The notes beneath the pieces are model-generated. The model did no database searches and had not been told where the DNA came from. It saw nothing but the letters and a program-made list of their open reading frames with translations. Positions 35,701-47,700 of a stretch of DNA of 64,000 bases are shown piece by piece. The DNA is from Lytechinus pictus (Eukaryota). The DNA is taken from contig NC_087246.1 in NCBI RefSeq assembly GCF_037042905.1, positions 55,614,001 to 55,678,000 of the forward strand, read 5' to 3'. Positions within the stretch are counted from its first letter, which is position 1, and each line of letters starts with the position of its first letter. Made by a program: the position numbers and the translations under genes.

Positions 35701-38700
35701 ATGTTCATCCTAGCCAGTCTGGAAAATGTGAATAACTTTATATACTAGAAGGACTTATAAAACCTCCCATCACGAGGGATTTAAACCATTCAGAGGAGGC
35801 GCGATAGCTCAGTCGGTAGAGCGGGGGTTTCGGATTCCGGTGACCCGGGTTTGATTCCCAAGTGGTGCGCTAGTGCCCTTTGGTAAGGCATTTATCCTCA
35901 TTACAAGGTCCCTCGGAGAGGACCTTAAGCCGTTGGTCCCCTGGTTGCTTGCTCACAGGCATTCGTGCTTTCTTAGCAGTCAGGTAAAAAACCTAGGTAT
36001 AAATTACTCTCTGCTATATCAAAAAAGCAATAGAAGATAATTTACATTCAGAGCCCCCATACAATCACAGCTAGTAAATAATAATAAATCGTCATGTATT
36101 TCTAACAAACACCTGAAATCATAAACTTGTGAAATCGATGTGCTCTATATTATATGTAGAACTAAACACTGTATGTTCATCTGTCGCTATAAAAGGCAAT
36201 GAGAGTGCTCTGTAAAATGAGATAAAGTGATTGAATCTGCCGGCTAACAGCAAGTGAAGGGTGGGTGTGGCGGATTAGGGTGACTGCGTGAAACTACACC
36301 GTTATTGAAAAAATGGGAAGAATGACATGGATGAGAGACATGCATGTTAGTAAGAAGTCTGGGGCGTGTTTCATGAAGCAATCTTGCTTACAGCCAATCA
36401 GATGCAAGGATTTCAGTAGCTTATAACAGAACAGTGAAAATTGCCATATGTTTCATGAAACACCCCCTTGGTTTGAGAGTAAGGGAAGGAAAGATATATA
36501 TATATAATGGTTACTCACCTGTGTACATGGGTGAAAGAAGGATAATACTGAAAGGAACATTTGCGTTTAGGTTGTCCACATTCATCATATCCAAAACATA
36601 TATATACCCCACAAACAACAATATTTCAAACAGTTTCCGACGGTGTGCAGGAGCAATAAGGAATTATGCAGTAAAAAATGACCTCTTTTAAATATCAAAA
36701 TGTCTTTATAAACTGATTTTTCTTTTCTTTTTTGCTTGTGAGCAATTTTAAAATCAAGCTCATGCCACCAGTCAACTGCACTTTATACCAACCATCGCAT
36801 TGGCAAAAGAAAAGAAAATTGATTTGGAATTATCTTCAAATGAGTAGGCAAGAAAACTGAGAAAACCAAAGAATACATATACATTTACCTCCAATCAGCT
36901 TTTTGGTTTAAGAATGGTTGAAGTTATTGTGAGAGTTAGATTTCCCCAAGAAAACAATTGGATAACCAAAGAATGTCTGGTCAGTGTGTGTTCTGAAAAC
37001 GAAACGTGCCATAAGAAGTCTCAAACTCTTTGCATTTCAGTCTTTTCAAAATCAGAGTGGGCCATTCTATCTCCTGATGAACCTTGTGGTATTTTTCATC
37101 GTTTTTCTTTGTCTCTCAAATTTGCAGATGAAACTTTCAATCTATACCACAAATCACACCAACAGTCACACATGTTCAAAAATACCCAAACAGGATTAGA
37201 TTCCAATACAACATAGAGAAACAAATTGTTAGTAAATCAATGAAAACACTAAATACAATATTTCTTCTTTTTACATTTTGCTTGGCCCAAGCCCGGTGAA
37301 TATGTATTTGATTAATCAAATGGTTCAGTAAAATACAACCAATATATAATTCTTTCTCCAGCTCTTAAGCACTTTTAGTGGATGAAATTAGTAAAATATG
37401 TAACATAACATGGATTAATACAAAACGCATCTTCTTTGACCCGTTTCCTACATGATCTGAGTGATCCCTGTACAAAATTAATAGGAGTTGCCGTGGCCGA
37501 GTGGTCTAAAGGCTACCGCACACCTTACGAATGTTTGCGATCCGATTTTGGAACAAATCGCATTTTGCTCATTTTCTGAAAATGTGAATGGAACATATCA
37601 TTTTATTTGAGGTTAAAACTAATTGAAAGAATACTAATGTAACCATTTTGAAAGATTGCAAGCCTTTATTTTGGAGTAAAGGCCAAATTAGTTTCAAATC
37701 GTAGCCAATCCTACGACTGCTATGACGTCATTACGACTAGATATTAAATTCGCTTTTATTCTAAGAAGGATGATAGCATAGTCACAGATTTGAACATAGG
37801 TATTCGTACGATGATTTAGAACATTACACAGTAAGATATTCCAAGTCTCAATCTTAGCATCAAATTCTACTACATTTTATTCTGAAATTGGGTCGCAGAC
37901 CAATCGTAAGGTGTGCGGTTGCCTAACGCACCTGACTCGATGCACCATAGTCTAGGTTTGGTTCCCACCCTGGCCACGGCACCTGTGCTCTTGAGCAAGA
38001 TATTTTAATCAACAGTACTCTTTTATCCTATATTCAAATAAATGGAAATGCTACATGCATTCTTTTTAGCCATGTGTGCACTTATTTTTATTTTTTAAGA
38101 GGAATAAGATATTTCTTTATTCAGCAGGTTAATATCAAGAAGTGTTATTGAGGGTTAGTAATCCTTTTTTTACACTGTTTCAGCATGTTTTTACCACAAT
38201 TCATGTTCTAGAGAGTAGAGGCCTAATGATACACCATAAGACTGTTTCCTTTAAAAAAAAATGTGCAACCTTTCAGTACACTTTTTCTTCCTGTCTTTTG
38301 TTGAACGTTGTTAATCAAAGGTTGCGTTTAAACTAAACTAATCTAAAACAAGTCCCGTATATGCAATCGTTTAAAATCAAGCTGTATTTGATTTTAAGAG
38401 TTGCGTTTGATTATAACTCTGTTTGAAATTGGCAACTAGAAAGTATGTTGAGTAAGTTCTTTTCAAGACCATTCTTCTTTTATAACCATGGTGTATAATA
38501 AAGCCTCTACTACAATCTCTCTTTAGCCTTTTAAACCTTGAAAGAATATATCTTTCACATTTTTAAATGACAGGAGGGCATTTCACAAGAATGCATGTAA
38601 GTACAGATTCATCAATTTCCCATTGAAACGTGCGGTATATACATACCATATCATACCATTTTGTGAAATAATTAATTTCCAGATATATATGATGAACAAA

Positions 38701-41700
38701 TGCTTGAAATTACTCAGTGGCAAGAATTCCATGTACATGTCCATATACAAGAATCAGAAATACATAAACATGGTCTACGTACATACACTACATTCTAAAT
38801 TTACAAAACAATTTACCAGGTGTTCTAACAATCTAGAAACAAATAAAAACTACAAACAAATATTATTTGAATTAAAAAACAAACCAAAAACTAATGTCCT
38901 TCCTTTTTGTCATCAGTACTGTGCAAGTACTGCTTAAGAAAATTTGAAGAAATATCTATCACCTTCCATCATTTTAATTTTTTTGTACAATTCCAAATCA
39001 TTGAGGTAAAAGTGCACCAAACAAGTATCAAGACTAGATTATGTAATCGACATTTACATCCAAAATTAAAAATAACTCCCAAGTTCATTTTAAAAAAGGA
39101 AGAAATACCTATCACCTTCCAATATTATGGTTCTTTCTAAACTATCAAACAAGAGGGGCACAAAATTAGCATCAAGACAAAATCATGTCATCAATTCACA
39201 TCCCGATTGAAAAAAAACTTCAAGTTCATTAACGAGATTAGGGAACGTGCTTCTGACTCTCATGACCCCTCGCTGACCTCCAGGGGTGAGTGACAGCTTG
39301 ATTTTGACACAAATCTGTTCCCTTCATCAGGCTGGGAGACACAAGGCCAAAATTATGACATCAATTGTTAGATTGGGAGTGGTACAGCTCGGGCTAATTG
39401 AGAGACACAACGAGGGGTTTTCATACTCCCCTGATTGCCAAGGAGCAGATGGTTTGAGAGGGGCGAGGGAAAAGTGCATAACCTATCTGGTAGAGTGGAA
39501 TCGGGGTTCAAGGTCCTTGCTGATGCTGCGCTGGAGGACACGCCCGTGAGGATGGGATGATGGTGGTGGTGATGGATAAATCTTAGACCGGTGTTCAGAT
39601 TCACAAAATAATCATATTTTAAGCTCCTAAAAACTTTAGGATGATTTACATATCTACCCTCTGATCAAAAGCTGCTAATACCTGCTTATAGCTGAAAAGC
39701 CATCAGTCACAATGTAAAATACAATACTACTAACACCTGGTATATCAATACTATTGATAATGGAAACTTGATTCAAACAGAGGTGTAATACAAACATATG
39801 CCAGCTTACTACTATACAAAAAAAAAAACATTAAAACAATTATCCATCTTCAAATTATTATCTTAATGTCAAAAATAGAAAAAAATTCTCTAAAACAAGC
39901 GACCACACAGCCCAAATGTAGTATAAAAACTAATTAATTCCCAATGTAATTACACTTTATCTAATTTTATATCCCTCCTCCAAGATAAGAAGGAAAAGCA
40001 TTTCTCCCATGTTTTGAAGCATACTAACAGACTAGTGTGAACAGGGTCACTGCTCATGTCATTGTAGCCTTATCAAGGTCATGTTGATGACAGTGAAATT
40101 TAGCTCTAGTGTGAAGGGATGGCATAATTACAATATTTTTAACCACAGGAAGAATATTAAAATACAGACAAAAAGAGATGTGTTATTTGTCGCAATACCC
40201 CAAATCAGCACTCAAGCACTCTAATAACATTAGAGAGGGGGGGGGGGTGCTCCAAAAGAATGCTTGACTAGTATTTCTAACTAAAATTGAAATTCATTCT
40301 TTGTAAGTAAAAGATTAAACAAGATTACTTCATTTTCAAACCAACGAAGGCTTCAGGTAAATAGCAATGACAATATTTTTCATTCTTCAAAATAAACTAA
40401 TAGCCTACAGTAGTTTTGAGGTCCAACACAAGATGACAAAAAGTTATATTGCAGGTACTACATTCAAATTGGGTTTTAATCCACTAAAAAAAGATAGAGA
40501 AATAAAAATACAGTTAAGCTGACAAGTGAAAACTCACAATAATCCTGCCCCCAAAATTGTATAAACCAATTTCTGAACCAAAGCAAGAAATGTTTCTAAT
40601 GACCCCAAGAATTTTCAAAATAACCCAAACCATTATAGAAGATACTCTTAATATTACACAATGAGATGGTGATGAAATAAACGCCTCCATTTTGAGGTAT
40701 TAGATATATATCTCTATGCTACAAATGTACATTTTTATTATTTACAATTTCTATTTAACAATTAAGTACGCATACATTGCAGTGACCGTTTATGAAAGTA
40801 ATGAGGAGTGTACAGAGTGAAGTTTATTTGTAGCAACATGTAATCATTCCCACACATGAAGAATATTAGCTGTATCACACCACCTCATTAGGTCATTTTA
40901 AAAAATGTGTTTTTCAAGTTAAATAAATAAAACAAAAACTGGGAATTTTAAAAGTAGAAAACACTGCTCTTATTGAGCCAGCTCAGACTGTATGAGTGTT
41001 CAAATCGTGTGTTCAGGCGGTGGCGCTCTTCCACCAGCTCAAATTTCTCCTCTTCACGCTGCTCCTCCTTTTCCTCCTCCTCCACTGCGGGATAAAATGA
41101 TAAAAGTTCCTCATCAGACTGAGAGATGGGCACGTTAGTCTGTGATTGGCTGATTCAAACGTGTGTGTGTGTGAGATCAGGTTAAAGGTCACAGAAGACT
41201 CGGGTTCAGATGCATCAGTCGGTTTACAACAGATCATTCCAAGCACATTGATGTTCATGCAGGAGGAGGCAGGCAACGTGAAGCAAGGTAATGTAATAGT
41301 GACACAACACAACAATATACTGTGTAACACAACATTAACAAGCCAGAACTACATCTACAATTACTAAAAAATGTCTACAACAATCATTTAAAAAATGTAA
41401 ATCATAATCATATGAAAACAATACAATATATAATCGCTAGAGGGTATTCATTTGTCTCGCAATCTACTATGGTCAACAAGGAAATTTGTGATCACTCTCG
41501 CAAAAAGTGTTCACTAGCTTTCGAGTGCCGCTGCAACTCTTTATCAAGTGACGAAAATTATCTGATACAGTAGTCAATTTATACCAATCCCCAGGACCGT
41601 ACGCACGAACGCGGGAACAATAGGTGGACACTGATCCGTTATGTGATTGGTCGGGCGTATATGGTATTGGTATAAATTGACTACCGTATCAGATAATTTT

Positions 41701-44700
41701 CGTCACTTGATAAAGAGTTGCAGCGGCACTCGAAAGCTCGTGAACTTGTAAGCTAGTGAACACTTTTTGCGAGAGTGATCACGAATTTCCTAGAAAGCTA
41801 GTGAACACTTTTTGCGAGAGTGATCACGAATTTCCTTGTTGACCATAGTAGATTGCGAGACAAATGAATACCCTCTAGCGATTATTTCATTCTGCACTAA
41901 TGAACCTATTTAGTAATACAATATATGTTGAACAGTACACTTACATGTCAAACATTTTGAAGAAATGGGGTGCTAACTTAAATAACATATATTTTTATAT
42001 ATTTTCATTTAACGCCCTTCTAATTCTAAAATACATATTTGAATCAACAATGTGAAACTGAAAGAAAGAATATTTTCATGTTGAAAATAGTGAGTTTTCG
42101 TAATCGCGACAGGGACAGATCCTACAACATAGAAACCCTATTGAAAATGCTCATCAACTCACAATGAATAGCTCAGAGGGCTATGTTGAAAATTGGTGGA
42201 CCCAAAAAGCTGATCGTCGTAAGATTCTGAGATGATGAAAAATTGCAAATATGTCGTTTGTCCAGAGTCCAGGACGAAACTGCTGTTTTGATTCACCGAT
42301 TGTTGACTGTGACGGGTATGTTATGTATAAAATGTAAAGTCTGGAGGCCAGACTCTGGTGGTTTCCAGAGTACGATAACAATGGATGGCGAAGCTTTGTA
42401 AATAAATCATGTTTAGTGCACCTAAAGGCAATGGAAGCTGGTTTGTTTCTCGAGTACTAGTGCTACAATTTACAAGGGTAAACCTCGGGAAACAAAGTCC
42501 ATCATTTTGGTAACAGCAAGGGAGCTGGATCAACGACAAAGACTGCTTTGTCATGAAGGGCTTAAAATGACAATAGATTTTCTATGTTGTAAAATACGTC
42601 CCATCGCGACTGCCAAAATTCCCTCATACACAGTACTTCAAACCAGGCAATATTTCTCGGACGATATTATACACCTTTAAAAAACATATGTTCCTTAATA
42701 TTATGATCAATGAATTTATTTAAAAATTATTTATACTAGAATCTATCATGTCTTTCATATCTTTTGATTTTCTAGCTACGATCAATATTGTCCCCTGAAT
42801 GCCCATTGAATTTTCACTGAATATCTCTTGAATTACGTTGAATAATTTTTGCATGACAATTAATCATATAGTCCATCATATTTCCTGAATATATTCAAAT
42901 ACATATTAAAATCTGAAATTTCCTATCTAAAATATTTTTTTACTCACATGTATTTATATAGGTACTCACATTATTTTGGTACATTTGTATCTCCTACAGA
43001 AATAACATATTCATAATTTTTCAAAAATAAAACCATCCGACATAAATTCTGAAAATAGGCATTTTCTGCTGTTCATAGTACCTTTCAAATTTGAGATGAA
43101 ATATACAATATAAAAATTCTAAAAATTATAAGGCACTTTCCGAAAACTGTTCATTACTTTTCTTTAGCATAAGCTGCCCCAAAAGTACTTTCTATATAAT
43201 TGAGTAATGAATTACAGATCACTGTCAATACACAAATTGATTCCTTAGCACACTTATATCCAATATCATGGCATAATTAATATACACACTGTTTTGGCAA
43301 TATAATTATTTTTTCAATGGCAGCAAACTAGTGGGCAAAAAATTCTTTTTCTACCATTTTTTTTAATTGTATAATTATATCATAACTTTGATTGTCAATT
43401 ATCACAAAATCCACCATATTCCATCCTTGTAAAAAGAAAACTTTCCATGGATTAATAATTTAACAGTGCAATTTATCTATTTAAAAGTATTCCAACAAAA
43501 CTGCGTCTCCATATTGAATCTACCATATGAAGTCCAGAAAACATTAACTCTGCACAAAATACATTCTTGCCCGAAAGAGATTTGTTTCTTTTTAAGTACT
43601 TATCCATGACAAACAAAGAAATACTTACAATTTACAATACATAACTTATTTTTTGCTTCAGCTTACTCAATAAAACATGTGTTTAAAAAAAAAGGAATAT
43701 GCACTCTTACCAGATGCGACAACTTAATCATTTTACTACAACACCACTTTCACAAGTACAGCCAGTAAGCTTCATGGAAAGACAAAGAAACATCTTTAAG
43801 ATTAGAAGAAAATCACTGAAATGATGAGTTCTAAAGCAAACACAGCAAATCATAAACAAGATATTTTTAGGCATATTGATCAGTGAGAACCATGCTTGTT
43901 AAAGGAAATATCAATTTTGAATGAAATTAATCTTCAAAATAATATTTCATCCATCAAATCTGTCTGGATCTCTTCATTTTTTCATGCCTAGTGTAATAAT
44001 ATTCAGCTGGCATTGCACAGAGAAGGGCTTATTGAGTATTCAACATATGAAAAAAACTGAATTATTGAAATTAGAAAGTACAAATTAATATAAAGTAACA
44101 TATTCAACAAAAGACCATTGCAAAACAAGCCTTAAACAGAAATTATCAAACTATGAATCTACAAATACAATGATATAAACTTGAATTACACAGACTAATT
44201 TTCATGCACGAGACAACTGTTATGCAATCTGAACTGTAATGCAATTAGTCAAAGCACACAGGGGTTAATAGAGCAAACATAAAACAGATTTGTGTTAATC
44301 AATTAGTCAATTAGCAATGAAAAGAAGTAGTGCAAGTGAATGACAGGATAATAATGGATATTGCTTTTGAAATGTTGGGATCTGTTCTATCTAAATGTTG
44401 GAAATGTAAAGAAAGTCATGACAGGAATTTGTAGATGGATATTGGACTATCAATAAAAAAAACTCTGAAAACTACAGATACTACTATGGGGGAAGACTGT
44501 GTACAGTAGTTATCATGAAAATCATTAACTTGTGATTGCGCTTCATGTTTCATTAAACATTAGAAAATATTTATTATTAATAGCCTAGTTATTTTGAGAA
44601 AAAAATCTGTTGAGCCAACATTCTGCAATCATTGTTTTAGAAATAAAGAAAAAGCTCGGTTGCCTTTTGTGCATAACAACAAAAAAGGGAACTTACTTAA

Positions 44701-47700
44701 CTTTTTGACAGCAGTAACATATTTATCTTTTGAAGATAAAATATGTTTTAAAATAATATAATACTTTCAGTTGCCAATTATACAATTTAATAACAGTATC
44801 TTTTTAGATCACTATTGTATCTGTACAGATAAAAACACAAAAAATATATTACTATAAGATAGCTTTGTCCATAATGTGATAACTATTGCACACACAAAAA
44901 TTCACTTGGGGGAGGAGGGAATTGTTTTTTTTTTTCAATTAATACTTCAGATAGAAGACAATCGGATAGTCTCTAGAATAGACATAAAGTGATAAGAATG
45001 ATTATAATTTGTATGATATGGGTAAATAATTTTCCTATACAGTACATGTTCTAGAGTAATGGAATGCAATAAATGTAAGAACTTCTGGACATAATGCAAA
45101 GATATAGTACTTCGTAAAAGTCCCAAGTTTTGCATTTTCTAAAAAGCAAATTCTGTGTTACTTGGTGTTCTAAGATAATAATTCTATTTTCTTTGGTTAT
45201 ATGTAAAGAACACATTACAATGCACTTTCAAATAGCCAGATTTGTGTAGAAAAAACCTCCTTAACATTTGCAGACTGTAGTACTGTTGCTTAGTGAACTT
45301 TGGCTAAGCACTGCAATTCGGTTTGATGTAGATTTTCTGTGGATGCAGTTTTATTTTTACTGGATTTTGCTTTGTTTATCAAAATTTTTCTGGTACTCAG
45401 GCTATCACTTTTATTGCCCTAAATTGTGTTTTGCAAGAGATTATATTTTGTATATATTTTTTTCTTCCAGATTGCATATGATTGTTAACATTTTCCATAT
45501 CATGGGAAACTGGGGACTTAATATTTCATCATGAAAGTTCTACACGGTATCGGTTAACATTGGAATCTAACTATACTCCATGGTATCTGTGATGCTATCC
45601 AATCTAGGAGTCACTGACGACCGCCTTGGTCCTACCACCTTGGGAGGGGCGGGCTTACGGAACGAGAACCGCCCGAAGACCCTTGTGAAAGTCTTCCCTC
45701 CCTGATTAGCATCCCCCTCCCCATGGTCCCCCTCCCCCTCTGTCTCCCTGGGGTGGGGGGCATCATCATCCTCCATCCCTATGATATCACTGGGAAGACG
45801 CAGCTTACGTTTGATGTAGTTGGAGGAAGAACTCTGGAGGTAGTGCCGGGGCTTGCGGCCGCTGAAGTCTCGCTTGTTGATGTCCGCATCTGGAATGGTA
45901 CAAATGATTATTGAAAAGCTGATGTCACATTAAATAATACACAGTGTTTTGAGTACTATTGAGACAATTATAATCATTACTCTCTAATATAAATTAAACT
46001 TAATGTTCTAGAATCTGTTCTTAGTATAATACATGTCATTCATTCCACACAAGCCAGATGCCAAATAAAGAAAAGGATTACCCGGTTGTTGGAGAACAAA
46101 TCATCAACGGATTTCAAAAAGTATACACTGAAACCCAACACTTAATCAGAAGATCAATTTGGAAGGTGGCCTGGCAGAATAGATGGACTTGCTATGACAG
46201 TAGACCTGCAAGTAGGAATATTTGTTATCTGAAAGAACACCAACAGTCCTCTTTATGACTACATGGTGGTGCCTCAATTACAGCCGAAATTAAATTTTCC
46301 ACATCATTTTTTTCTGAAGTCAAACTTAGTATCTACCTTCAGTTGCATTTTCATACTGATTCAATTTCTCCTAATTCCTCATAGGAAAATCGAATAAAGA
46401 ATTAAAGGCTACATTCTGAAATAACAAGTTAATTATTGATAGTGTGTTATTTTCATCAGTACATTGTAAATGTCTTTGACCCCGTTCTCATAACCGTCTG
46501 TAAACTAGTTTACTGGAAACTAATTTAGTGGAAAACTAGTTTAACGTGTAATGAGAATGGTCAAAGCTGTCTTGGAAGCAAACTCCTAAACCGGTTCAGA
46601 AAACTTTCTCGCGATGTAGTTTTCAAGATCACTTTGCCTCGTTAAACTGGTTTTAGCGTGAGGACACAACCAATCTTCAGGAAGCCATCTTCGCACATTT
46701 TGAGCACGCTACTCCACACACTGTGTGTAGAATTTCTACACTGCAGTTTCAAATTTGGTGCGAAACATGTCACCCCACTGAAAGCATTCCTGAAGCAATA
46801 AGACTGCTTACGTGAAGTGGTTTTGAAAACCCCTTTCATGTGGCCAAATGGGAACGCTACCAAAGCAATCTTCCAAACTATTTTCCTGAACTGGTTTCCA
46901 GTAAACTAGTTTCAGAAAGTATATTGAGACAGGGTCTAGGTTATGTGCCTTAGGTTCTGGGCCCCATCTTACAAAGAGTTAGGATTGATCCGATCAACCA
47001 CAACTATGGAAAGCCAGCAATGTCCACATCTAAACTGTTCAAAATATTTTCTAGATATGATGCATATTCAGATATTCATCGTTTCCTTGAAAATTTCAGT
47101 GTGCTTCTCTTTGTTTACAAAGGAAATTTTGCAAACTTCCTGTAGAAAAATGATGATGTTGATGGATTTCCATATAGTTGAGGTCAATCCGATCAATCAT
47201 AACTATGGAAAGCCAGCAAAGTCAACATACGAAATGCATGTTTGTTCAAAAAAAATTCTAGATATGAATGCATATCCATAAATTCATTGATTTCTTGAGA
47301 ATTAGGGGTGTTCTCCTTTGTTTACAAAGAAAATTTTGCAAACTTCCTGTAGAAAGAAGGATGATGTTGATGGATTTCCATCTAGTTGAGGTCGATCTGA
47401 TCAATCGTAAATCTTTGTAAAGCGGGGGCCCTGTTGTACTTACGGTACTCTGATACAAGGAACTGCATGATGGCTTCCTTGTTGTGCATCGCTGCAACAT
47501 GAAGAGGTGTGTATCCCTGAGTGGAGAAGAACACAAAGAAATACACAAGAATAAACATGAATAAAAGAGAGTGAACGAACCTGAAAATGATAAGAAATGG
47601 TTTATAAGTAACAGCTGCCTGAAATAAATGAAGCAAAATGCCATTGATTCAAAAAGTTTAAGAATAACAATCAGACTGACAGGCAAAATTAATGCATGCC

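Noticed and set aside
36519-36547. 29-nt exon-like segment on the minus strand (ttcag|...CAG|gtgagt)
   Set aside because: Frame-shifting between the phase-1 Sowah exons; cannot be supported without transcripts.
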